The position numbers and the translations under genes are program-made. The notes below the pieces were generated by a model. That model saw nothing but the letters and a program-made list of their open reading frames with translations, searched no databases and was not told the origin of the DNA. DNA of 64,000 nt from Verrucomicrobiota bacterium (GTDB taxonomy: Bacteria > Verrucomicrobiota > Verrucomicrobiia > Limisphaerales > Palsa-1400): assembly GCA_049510745.1 (NCBI GenBank), contig JBEKYR010000028.1, forward strand, positions 1-64,000, written 5' to 3'. Every line of letters starts with the position of its first letter. The first letter of the stretch is position 1. Positions 10,314 to 18,575 of the stretch are shown here, one piece after another.

Positions 10314-11261
10314 ATGGCAATTGAACCGCTTCCAGTCGAACAACAGGAACACCGCGCCATCATTGGCCTGTGTGTGCTCGCCGCTTTCGCGGATGGGGCA
10401 CAGGACGAAGACGAACGCGCGCGAATCCAACAGATCGTCAACGGCTTTTCCGGGGAGGGCCTGGACGTGGCCTCGGTCTATCAGGACGTGCTCGGAGGAA
10501 AGTTCTCGCTGGCGACTGCCGCCAGCCAGCTTCAAAGCCCGTCGGCGCGGGCGCTGGGATACGAGATGGCGGTGTGCGTCTGCCATGCCGACGGAGAGTT
10601 GAACGATGCCGAAAAGAAATTCCTCTCCGACTTGCATCAGGCGCTTCAGCTCGATACCTCCGCCACGGACAATCACCAGCAAACGGCCCAAGCCCTGGCC
10701 GCCCAGCCACCCGGCGCCGCCGTGCCGCCGTTGTTGGACGCGAACCGGGAGGCGGAACTGGACCGGCTGATCTTGAATGCCTCCATCCTGAACGGCGCGT
10801 TGGAAATCATGCCGCACACGCTGGCCACGATGGCCATCGTCCCGCTGCAAATGCGCCTGGTTTACCGGGTCGGCCATGCTTACGGATACGAACTGGACCG
10901 CGGACACATCAAAGACTTTCTCGCCACCGTGGGCATCGGCCTCACCTCGCAGGTTTTCGAGGGGTTCACGCGGCAATTGATCGGCGGTTTCGCCCGCCGG
11001 TTGACCGGAGGGCTGCTGGGCGGGCTGGTGGGACAAGCCACCGGCTCGGCCTTCGCGTTCGCCTCGACTTACGCCCTTGGACAAGTGGCCAGGAAATACT
11101 ACGCCAGCGGCCGAACCCTCACGGCCGCGCAGTTGAAGGACGTGTTCTCGACGATGCTGGAGGACGGCCGGTCCATACAGGGCCGCTACTCCGGAGACAT
11201 CCTGCAACGGTCGCGCCAGGTGAACGTCTCCGAGTTGCTCCCGCTGGCGAGGGAGCAGTAA
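10314..11261 (+). CDS. TerB-like / DUF697-like protein
   Basis: Two TerB-like ADG motifs (AAFADGAQDEDE, CHADGELNDAEK); Gly-rich hydrophobic C-terminal part ending STYALGQVA. Confidence 0.7.
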   Translation: MAIEPLPVEQQEHRAIIGLCVLAAFADGAQDEDERARIQQIVNGFSGEGLDVASVYQDVLGGKFSLATAASQLQSPSARALGYEMAVCVCHADGELNDAEKKFLSDLHQALQLDTSATDNHQQTAQALAAQPPGAAVPPLLDANREAELDRLILNASILNGALEIMPHTLATMAIVPLQMRLVYRVGHAYGYELDRGHIKDFLATVGIGLTSQVFEGFTRQLIGGFARRLTGGLLGGLVGQATGSAFAFASTYALGQVARKYYASGRTLTAAQLKDVFSTMLEDGRSIQGRYSGDILQRSRQVNVSELLPLAREQ

Positions 11262-11322
11262 GGGTCCGTTTTGAAGTTGTGCCAACGTATTCGTCAACCC
11301 TCGATATGAAAGGAAAATAATT

Positions 11323-11559
11323 ATGCGGAAAACATGGCGTGCGCTGAAATTCCTGTTTGCCGGTCCGGTCATCCTGTTGTTTCTGGTGATTATCAACGTG
11401 GTGGCCTGGCCCGGATACTGGTGGGTGCAATGGGCGGCGTTAGGAATCGGCATTGCCTGGGTGATCAGCTTGTTGCGGGTGATTCGCGCGGCGATCCTGC
11501 TGGGCGGACTGGCCGCGCTGGCCGTTTATCTCCAGAAAAAATGGGGACCCGTCAAGTAG
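11323..11559 (+). CDS. Small membrane protein (2TM-like)
   Basis: 78 aa, hydrophobic, FLVIIN...WWVQWAALGIG; preceded by AAAGGA RBS-like sequence. Confidence 0.7.
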   Translation: MRKTWRALKFLFAGPVILLFLVIINVVAWPGYWWVQWAALGIGIAWVISLLRVIRAAILLGGLAALAVYLQKKWGPVK

Positions 11560-11780
11560 CAACAAGAAATCAGAAACAAATCGCGCCATGCCTCGTCCTC
11601 CTCCGCGGTGCTCCAGTCGGCCGCCCAGGCGGTCTGGGCCAACGGCAGGAGGTTTTCGCCTCCTTCTTCCGACGTGTTCTGCCTGGTTTTGAGGAAGACG
11701 AGAAAGTCAAACACCTCGCGCTGCACCGGTTCGGGCGCAGTCTTGATTTCCTCGATCAGAGTCTTGGTGAACTTGCTCAT
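11526..11780 (-). CDS. DUF2281-like putative antitoxin, apparently orphan
   Basis: PEPVQREVFDFLVFLK and DWSTAEEDEAWRDL motifs; tail runs into the convergent gene. Confidence 0.65.
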   Translation of the reverse strand: MSKFTKTLIEEIKTAPEPVQREVFDFLVFLKTRQNTSEEGGENLLPLAQTAWAADWSTAEEDEAWRDLFLISCCYLTGPHFFWR

Positions 11781-11801
11781 GGCATTTGGTTTCTTGCCCG
11801 C

Positions 11802-12053
11802 CTATGACACGGTTTGTGCAAGCGGGCGCACGTGCAGGACGCCTTTTGCCGTCAGCGGTTCGATTTGTGACTCGCGCACGGTGACAACGTCAACGGTTTC
11901 TCCGACCGCGTTAAACACTTCCAGGGTGTAACCCGGTTCCTGCCCCGGACGGCCTGGATGGTGCTCGACAATCGTGGCGACATCTCCGCGCCGAAGCCGG
12001 TGCTTGGGAAGATTGGCCTTGAGCGATACTCTGCTGAACATTTCGTATTTCAT
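11802..12053 (-). CDS. DUF4926 domain protein
   Basis: LRRGDVATIVEH...GYTLEVFNAVGETVDVVTV pattern. Confidence 0.8.
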   Translation of the reverse strand: MKYEMFSRVSLKANLPKHRLRRGDVATIVEHHPGRPGQEPGYTLEVFNAVGETVDVVTVRESQIEPLTAKGVLHVRPLAQTVS

Positions 12054-12076
12054 GTCTTGTCCGGATGAATTTCATC

Positions 12077-12961
12077 TCACTCTTCACTTTTGCGGGAGAG
12101 GAGTTGGACTTTGGCGGGGGGGGCCGAGAGCGTCATCAACGGGTCTTCTTCGAGCAGGGACTCGTCCAGGGGCACGATCAATTCGCCGCCGGCGTCCGCT
12201 TCCAATTTCCGGTCGCCGCTTTTGGCGTGGATGACCAGCGCGGCGGGCTTGGTTCCCGGAGAGAAAATCAATTTCAAGCCTGACATGACCAGTTTGGGGG
12301 CATCGGGAAAGAACTGGCGCATTTTCGCCTGCACGTCCTCGCAATCGCGCGTCGCCCGCATCACCAGCCCGTAATGAATGGAGTTGGTCATCTGGCGGAC
12401 GACGGACCGGGCCAGGCCCGCCTGCCAGTTCAGTTGCATCGTGCCTTTGGGCTGGTTGGTGATGAGCCACGGGTCCTCCGCCAGCAAATCGTCCCGCAAC
12501 GGCACGGCGATGTCGCCGTCGGGGCTGATATTGAGGGGGATTTTGCCGGATTTGGAGTCGATATAAGCCTCCAAGTCGCTAGTCTTGACATTGGGCAAAG
12601 CGGAGCGCAACTGGAGGGCGATCTGGAGATTGGGGTGGGCCTGGCGCAGCTCGGCCTGGATTTTCTGAATGCGGTAGAGATGGTGGTAGGGCAGGCGGGC
12701 GTTCTCCGCCAGCGCGGGGAAGTGCAGGAGAAAAATCAGGCCGAGGATGGCAATTCCGGGGAGCGCGGGCGTCCCGCCCGCAGTGTTTGGCGTCCCGCCA
12801 AACACATCCCTGCCTTCTTGCTTTTTGAACGCGACCGCGCGCCGCGCCATCCATCCGAAGAAGAATCGATGGCAGGGAATCAGCCACGAAGCGGGGCGCG
12901 AGACGCACCTCGCGGCGACCGGGGCGCCCCCGCTCCCCAAAGAAATGCCAAGGTGCATCAT
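12077..12961 (-). CDS. Exported hypothetical protein (DUF2987-like, tentative) with palindromic insertion in the signal peptide
   Basis: h-region GIAILGLIFLLHFPALA; internal repeat (SKSGKIPL..PLRDDLLAEDP / AKSGDRKL..PLDESLLEEDP); ATG 12961 lies 18 nt after the ccsA stop; alternative start 12850. Confidence 0.6.
   Translation of the reverse strand: MMHLGISLGSGGAPVAARCVSRPASWLIPCHRFFFGWMARRAVAFKKQEGRDVFGGTPNTAGGTPALPGIAILGLIFLLHFPALAENARLPYHHLYRIQKIQAELRQAHPNLQIALQLRSALPNVKTSDLEAYIDSKSGKIPLNISPDGDIAVPLRDDLLAEDPWLITNQPKGTMQLNWQAGLARSVVRQMTNSIHYGLVMRATRDCEDVQAKMRQFFPDAPKLVMSGLKLIFSPGTKPAALVIHAKSGDRKLEADAGGELIVPLDESLLEEDPLMTLSAPPAKVQLLSRKSEE
12758..12938. repeat. REP-doublet (REPIN-like) palindromic element
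   Basis: Termini GGGGAGCG (12758) and CGCTCCCC (12931-12938); perfect hairpins GCGGGCG-TCC-CGCCCGC (12765-12781) and GTGTTTGGCG-TCC-CGCCAAACAC (12783-12805). Confidence 0.7.
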
Positions 12962-12979
12962 AACTTCATTGTCGTGATA

Positions 12980-14893
12980 CTAGTTGGCAACCGCGGGCCG
13001 GGGCGGGAGACCCGGCTCGGACGGGGTTGCGGGAAGACCCGCCTTGAAACTGGCCCAGAAACGGGGCGGCAGCAGCGCCAGGACAATGAGCGCCACCTGG
13101 CTGATGTCAAATCCCACCAGCCACGGGAACGCTTTGTCCATGAATCCGTAGGAGTGCAGTCCGATGCCGAGCATGTTGACGCCGAACCAGGAAAAGCTGG
13201 TGACGACGTTGCCAAAGACGGCCATGGCCATCAGCCCGCGTTCCTTGATCATGCCGCCCCAGCGCGCGTGCAGGATGACGGCGTTCCACAAGACGATGAG
13301 CAGCGCGCCGTTTTCCTTCGGGTCCCATCCCCAGAAGCGGCCCCAGGATTGATCGGCCCAAATCCCGCCCAGAATCGTGCCGACGAAACTAAACAGCGTG
13401 GCGAAGCACACAATCCCATAGACCATCCGGCTCAACGCCCGCGCCAGGTCCGGCGTCAGCGTGCGGGTGAAGAAGCCGCGCACGATGTAAATGACGGCGA
13501 GCAATCCCGCCACGAACATCGAGGCGTAGCCCGTCGTCACGACCACGACGTGGGTGGCGAGCCACAAGTTGGTGTCCAGGACCGCGCGCAGCATTTCCAT
13601 GGTGTCGCCGCTCAGGGCGAGGTGGTGGGCGATGATCAGAGTGGTGAAGCCGATGAAGCCGGCGACGACCAGGCCGATGCCGCCTTTGAAAACGCGTTCC
13701 AGAATGATCCCCAGCAGGCAGGCGCCCCAGCCGATGAAGACGGCCGAGGAATACAAATTGGTCACGGGCGGGCGGCCTTCGAGGTACATGCGAAAGCCCA
13801 GGCCAATGGAATGAATGACAAAGGCCAGGATCAGCAGCGCCAGCCCCGTCCGGCGCAACGGCTCGGACAGATTGATCCAGAAAACGCAGCCCAGCAGCAG
13901 CGCCGCGATGTAAATGACCATGCTTTTGTAGAACGGCTCGATTTGATTGAAGAAAAATTCCTGGCCGCCCTTTTGCAGCGCCAGATCGAGATCGTTTGCC
14001 TGCGCCCAGGCGCGGTATTGGGCGACCGCCTGATTGAATTCAGCCGGTTTGTGATTGCGATAGGCGGCGGCCATCGCGGCGTAATGGGTGACCGCCGGGT
14101 TCAATTCGTCCGAGCGCAGGGCTTGCATCAAGTTGGTGCCGATGTTGCACCAGGCCTGGCGCGGCTGGCCGGGCAGAGGCGGGATAATCATCGGATAAGC
14201 CAGCCGGGAAACCTCGTCGTAACGATTGAAAAACGTGCCGATGCGCTGCAAGTCCTCTTGGTTGGCCGGCTTGCCCTGGTCGGTCTGTTCGACGGCCAGC
14301 CGTCCCGGCGCGAGCGCAGCCTGGTAGAGGCGCAATTCCTCCTGGAAATCACCGGCGCCTTCCGGTTCGAGGCTGTTCTTGAGGCGGTGGTAAAGCACCA
14401 GGCTGTTATACAAGTGCATCAGGTCCTTCTGGAACCCGTTGCGCAATTTGGCCGCGTCCTCGCCCTGGGCCTGCTCCGCCTCCACCAGCTTTTGGGCTTG
14501 GGATTGGATGGAATCGATTTGATTGGTCAACTCGTTGAACGAGTAGTATTCGAGTCCGATTTTTTCCGTGCCCATCAACCCCTCCAAATCCGGGTGTTGG
14601 ATGCGGAACACCTTCAACTGGTCCGCCACTTCAGGCCGGGCCAGGGTGTCCATCAGCCATTCCAGGGCGGAGAGCGGCGGCCCGTTGGTGACCCGCACAA
14701 TGGAGCGGCCGCTGATGCTCAAAAGCGAATTGCGCGCCACCGAATCGAAAGGCTGAACCCGCCCGTCCAGCAAAACGGGCAGGCGTCCGAAACCGGCCAG
14801 GTCAAAACCGTCCTTCGGTCTGGGTGCCTGCACGCCGGACAAGAACCAGGCGGCAAAAACCGCGGCGGCAATCCAGGGCAGCCACTTTTTCAT
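12980..14893 (-). CDS. ccsA: Cytochrome c biogenesis protein CcsA/ResC (system II) with large periplasmic N-domain
   Basis: WWD motif GGIWADQSWGRFWGWDPKEN, GLHSYG, PVTNLYSS, ATHVV; multiple TM helices. Confidence 0.92.
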   Translation of the reverse strand: MKKWLPWIAAAVFAAWFLSGVQAPRPKDGFDLAGFGRLPVLLDGRVQPFDSVARNSLLSISGRSIVRVTNGPPLSALEWLMDTLARPEVADQLKVFRIQHPDLEGLMGTEKIGLEYYSFNELTNQIDSIQSQAQKLVEAEQAQGEDAAKLRNGFQKDLMHLYNSLVLYHRLKNSLEPEGAGDFQEELRLYQAALAPGRLAVEQTDQGKPANQEDLQRIGTFFNRYDEVSRLAYPMIIPPLPGQPRQAWCNIGTNLMQALRSDELNPAVTHYAAMAAAYRNHKPAEFNQAVAQYRAWAQANDLDLALQKGGQEFFFNQIEPFYKSMVIYIAALLLGCVFWINLSEPLRRTGLALLILAFVIHSIGLGFRMYLEGRPPVTNLYSSAVFIGWGACLLGIILERVFKGGIGLVVAGFIGFTTLIIAHHLALSGDTMEMLRAVLDTNLWLATHVVVVTTGYASMFVAGLLAVIYIVRGFFTRTLTPDLARALSRMVYGIVCFATLFSFVGTILGGIWADQSWGRFWGWDPKENGALLIVLWNAVILHARWGGMIKERGLMAMAVFGNVVTSFSWFGVNMLGIGLHSYGFMDKAFPWLVGFDISQVALIVLALLPPRFWASFKAGLPATPSEPGLPPRPAVAN

Positions 14894-16191
14894 GGGTCAC
14901 TCCTTTTGGCGGGGGCGCCGTTGGCCAGCAGGGGTTCCAGCGGCGGGGCGGCGGACGGAGTGCGGGCGGCGACCGGCTTGGCCGCCAGCGCGCGTTTCCG
15001 GGCGAAGCCGGCCAAGTGCGTCAAGAATTGGACGACCAGTCCGAGCGCGACCAGCGAGCAGGCGATGTAAGGCGCCAGCGAGGCGGGATTGCGCACGACC
15101 TCGAGGATGCTCACCCGGTCACCCGGCTCGAAGCTCGCCTGGAAAAAAGTTGCGCCGCGATAGCGCAGGGGGTTGTTCATGTAAATAAGAATGTCGCGGT
15201 CCTCGCCCGCGCCGGGATCGTTGAGGTGGATTTTGCTGGAGAAATTCTTCGGAATGTCCGTCCCCGCGTAAACATCGTGATTGAAGGCCAGGAGCGTGAT
15301 GCTGTAGGGGTTGTAATAGCGCGCCGCCCGCAACGCCAGTTGATAGGTCCGGCCGTTGAACGCGAAGCTCTGCGGTTCGGTCAGTGAAACACCGGACAAC
15401 AGCCCTCCAACCTCGTTCTGCAATCCTCCCACCCACGGATAGCGCGTCAGCCAGGTGGAAACGATCCAATCGCCAATCGGGCCTTTGTCCGAAACAACCT
15501 GCACCAACGCCGCCGGCTTGTTTTCGTCGTCCATCCGCCGGGTGACGGGCGCGGGGCTGAAGAACAATCGCCGGCCAATGCCGGCGCCGGCCTTGAGCTT
15601 TTCCGCCCCGCCCGACATCGGGCCGGCGGGCGCGGAATTGGGGAAATAGTTTTCGACGCGCAACGCAAAGGGCAGTTCCGGCGTCCGAATCTCGCCGCCC
15701 CTGGCCAGGAGCGATTCGGGGATGGCCACCACGCGGTCTTTAGCGGGGTCGGTGACATCGATGACGGCCAGTTCGTTCTTGCGGCTGTCTTCGGAGTAAT
15801 TTTTGGTCCCGCCGACCTCGATGCGCATCTGGCTCTCGGTCTGGAAAATTTCCGTCACAAACTGGCCCGCCAGCAGGAGAATCAATCCGGCGTGAACCAG
15901 GATAATCCCGGTTTTGCGGCGCTCGAATCGAAACCGCTTGATGTGCGCCGCCAAAAGGTTCGCCAGCAGCACCAGCCCGATGAGCCAGCCGCCGGGGAAA
16001 ACGGGAATTCTCCAGTGCGTCCCGCGCGGGGTCCAGTAAATAAGAAAGCTGCGAAAGAATTCCGCCTGCACCGCGTAAAGCCCCAAATGCACCTGCGCCA
16101 GCGTCCCGCCAAACACCAGCAAGATCGCCAGACAGAGACAAACCACCGTCAAACGGAGCGACGCAAAGGAGTTAAAAACGCGAGTGGGCAT
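14890..16191 (-). CDS. ResB/CcsB-like cytochrome c biogenesis protein
   Basis: SLRLTVVCL..GTLAQ, LVHAGLILLLAG (conserved His), MNNPLRYRGATFFQASF; 4-nt overlap with ccsA. Confidence 0.85.
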   Translation of the reverse strand: MPTRVFNSFASLRLTVVCLCLAILLVFGGTLAQVHLGLYAVQAEFFRSFLIYWTPRGTHWRIPVFPGGWLIGLVLLANLLAAHIKRFRFERRKTGIILVHAGLILLLAGQFVTEIFQTESQMRIEVGGTKNYSEDSRKNELAVIDVTDPAKDRVVAIPESLLARGGEIRTPELPFALRVENYFPNSAPAGPMSGGAEKLKAGAGIGRRLFFSPAPVTRRMDDENKPAALVQVVSDKGPIGDWIVSTWLTRYPWVGGLQNEVGGLLSGVSLTEPQSFAFNGRTYQLALRAARYYNPYSITLLAFNHDVYAGTDIPKNFSSKIHLNDPGAGEDRDILIYMNNPLRYRGATFFQASFEPGDRVSILEVVRNPASLAPYIACSLVALGLVVQFLTHLAGFARKRALAAKPVAARTPSAAPPLEPLLANGAPAKRSDP

Positions 16192-16194
16192 GGC

Positions 16195-17286
16195 CTACGG
16201 ATATTGCGCGCCCTTGACGAAATTCACAAAGCTGTCTTTTTCCTTCCCCACCAGCGGGCCGTCTCCCAGCAACTTGTAAAACCACGTCTTGTCCCCGCGC
16301 GGCACGATGGCCCCGACCAGGCGCGCCGGCCGGCCTGTTCTCGAATCCATCCCCGTAAAATCCACCAAGGTCGCCTTGCCGCCCGCCGTTTCCAGCGTTT
16401 CGGTCACGCCGGCCAGTTCGTCGGCCTTGACCGGCGGCAGGCCCATCTGGCCGCGCCAGCGGTTGACATTGTTGAACGTGCCGCCGACGTCGCCGGGGAA
16501 AAAGCTGACGCTGACCGCCGCCTTGGCGCCCGCCTGGTCCGCGATGGAAAATTTCTTGCGGACCATCGGGCCAGGCTCTGTCTCCGTCCAATCCGCCGGC
16601 GCCACCCATTTTGGCAAATCGGACGCGGCCTCCGCCGACGCTGGCGGGGCGGGCGCCGGGGCGGCGGCTGCCGATGGGGCAACTGCCGGCGCGGGCGCTT
16701 CCTCTCCCGCGCCGCTGAAATGGATTGATTTCAGGAAATCGGAAAAGGCCGGCTTGGCCGCCGCGACGACCTCGGTGTCTCCGCGCATTTTGAAAAACCA
16801 CGTGGCGCCGTTGCGGGAGACCATCGCCACCACCGTGCGCGCCGACGAACCCGCGAGGTCGAAAAGTTTGCCCTGGAAAGAATCGACCGTCACCGGCTGC
16901 GAGGAGACGGCGCTTTCCTCCACCGGGGGCAACCCCAATTCCTGCCGCCAGCGGTTGACGTTGTCCCGTTCCGTCCCGACCGATCCCGGAAAGGAAGTGA
17001 TGGCCACTTCGGCCTTCCCCCCGTTTTTGCCGGGCACGACGAAGTTGCCCTTGCGGATGCTGGTCGGGGCCAATTCCTGCCAGCCCTCGGGAACGGTCCA
17101 ATGGATGGGCGCGGCATTGACGGCGAAGTCGGGCGCGTCCATCGGCGGATGGCCGGGGGGCATGGCCATCGGCGGATGCTCCTTGGGAACGGTGTAAGTC
17201 CGAATCTGATCATCCGCGCGCCCAACGCAGACGGTTGCGATAAGAGCCGCGCCGGCCAAAGTGATGCTACGAAAAGACAATCTCAT
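16195..17286 (-). CDS. Periplasmic two-domain hypothetical protein with His/Pro/Met motif
   Basis: Signal peptide from ATG 17286; EHPPMAMPPGHPPM; two homologous domains each with NVNRWR..(L/M)GLPPV and TWF(F/Y)K; 3 nt upstream of resB-like gene. Confidence 0.75.
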   Translation of the reverse strand: MRLSFRSITLAGAALIATVCVGRADDQIRTYTVPKEHPPMAMPPGHPPMDAPDFAVNAAPIHWTVPEGWQELAPTSIRKGNFVVPGKNGGKAEVAITSFPGSVGTERDNVNRWRQELGLPPVEESAVSSQPVTVDSFQGKLFDLAGSSARTVVAMVSRNGATWFFKMRGDTEVVAAAKPAFSDFLKSIHFSGAGEEAPAPAVAPSAAAAPAPAPPASAEAASDLPKWVAPADWTETEPGPMVRKKFSIADQAGAKAAVSVSFFPGDVGGTFNNVNRWRGQMGLPPVKADELAGVTETLETAGGKATLVDFTGMDSRTGRPARLVGAIVPRGDKTWFYKLLGDGPLVGKEKDSFVNFVKGAQYP

Positions 17287-17427
17287 TATTGAGCATACGA
17301 TACCATGTCCGGGCGCGGGCAAAAGCCATTTTTTGGCATTTCCCGAACAAGGATGAAGAGATGAAAGAAGGAAGAAGGATGAAGGAAGAACCCTGATCCT
17401 CGCGTAACGAAAGGACGGCTGCGGATC

Positions 17428-17554
17428 GGGGAGAACACGCGCCCTTATAGGTCTTCCAAAGTTATTCATCGGCGGCAAGGTGAGCGCAGCGAATTTAGCA
17501 CCGCAGCCGACGGTGAATAACTTTGGAAGACCTATAAGGGCGCGTGTACTCCCC
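17428..17554. repeat. Long inverted repeat, MITE/REP-like
   Basis: 41-bp arms 17428-17468 and 17514-17554, one mismatch; 45-nt spacer itself partly self-complementary. Confidence 0.85.
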
Positions 17555-17643
17555 TGAATGTTTCGCGCCCGTCTTAAGATTTGGGAAGAAGGAACCGGGT
17601 TGGCAACGGCGACCGCTTCGTGTTAGCTTGACTTGGCGGAATT

Positions 17644-18447
17644 ATGAAAGCGACGCCGATTCATAAATCGGAGGCATTCACTCGCATCGAGTTGATCGTG
17701 GTGATCTTGGCGGTCATTGCTGTTTTTGTGATGGTTACAATGATTCTGCCGCCCCTTCACCCCGTGCGGGCCAGTATCAATCGCGTATCCTGCATAAATA
17801 GCCTTAAACAAATCGGCACCGCTTATCGCATTTGGGCCAGCGATCATAACGGCCGCTTTCCCGCGTCGGAATCCGTGGCCAACGGCGGATGGCGGGAGTT
17901 TCTGACCAACGCCGATCAAGGCTCCCTGTGCTGGACCAACTACGCGATCATGGCAGACTATGTGGGGCGATCACCAAGGGTGCTCATATGCCCATCGGAT
18001 GAACGGCAGCCTGCCGGAGAGTTTATCGGAGGGCCTCAGACTGGAAGCAGTCGCGACGCCTCTGATTTCAAAGACAATCGGACGCTCTCCTATTTCGTGG
18101 GCTTGAGCGCCGACGGTAGCCAGCCTCAGTCGCTGCTGGCGGGTGACCGCAATTTGGGCGGCGGAACGAAGCCTCGCAGCGATTACGGCTTCTCCCCCGA
18201 AAGCGGCAAAGGAAATGACGTCGCCATTCAAACCAACTCGAAAACCGGTCCAGTTTGCTGGTCGTTAAAGGTGCATTCCGCAGGGAATTCGGCTGGCGCC
18301 GGAAACATCCTGCTGGGCGATGGCAGCGTTGAACAGGTTACCAGTGGCTCGTTTCGCTCGCAATGGCAGCCCGTGGCCGGCCCAACCACCAACTGGCCCG
18401 CCGGCCATGTTCCGTCGGCTCCTTCCGTCCGCGTGCTCTTTCCGTGA
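17644..18447 (+). CDS. Prepilin-type N-terminal cleavage/methylation domain protein (H-X-DG class)
   Basis: AFTRIELIVVILAVI, CINSLKQIG, LICPSD, H...GNILLGDGSV. Confidence 0.85.
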   Translation: MKATPIHKSEAFTRIELIVVILAVIAVFVMVTMILPPLHPVRASINRVSCINSLKQIGTAYRIWASDHNGRFPASESVANGGWREFLTNADQGSLCWTNYAIMADYVGRSPRVLICPSDERQPAGEFIGGPQTGSSRDASDFKDNRTLSYFVGLSADGSQPQSLLAGDRNLGGGTKPRSDYGFSPESGKGNDVAIQTNSKTGPVCWSLKVHSAGNSAGAGNILLGDGSVEQVTSGSFRSQWQPVAGPTTNWPAGHVPSAPSVRVLFP

Positions 18448-18472
18448 TTTTTGCGTGGCGGTTTGCGGCTCG

Positions 18473-18549
18473 TAATCTTAATCTTAATCCTAATCTTCAT
18501 CCTCTTTCGGACGGGGATTAAGATTAAGATTATGATTATGATTAAGATT
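18473..18549. repeat. Inverted hexamer microsatellite (TAATCT-like x5 / AGATTA-like x~6)
   Basis: taatct taatct taatcc taatct tcatcc ... ggatta agatta agatta tgatta tgatta agatt. Confidence 0.85.
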
Positions 18550-18575
18550 TGGAGGAACTACTAAATAGTTGTCAT

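Noticed and set aside
12374..15070. 898-aa plus-strand ORF and other long antisense ORFs (e.g. 49968-52202, 44158-46068, 59385-61160, 62457-63992)
   Set aside because: Shadows of motif-supported genes on the opposite strand; expected in high-GC DNA and carrying no family motifs
17340..18550. CRISPR array
   Set aside because: Repeats are inverted or microsatellite-like, with no regularly spaced direct repeats with unique spacers and no cas genes
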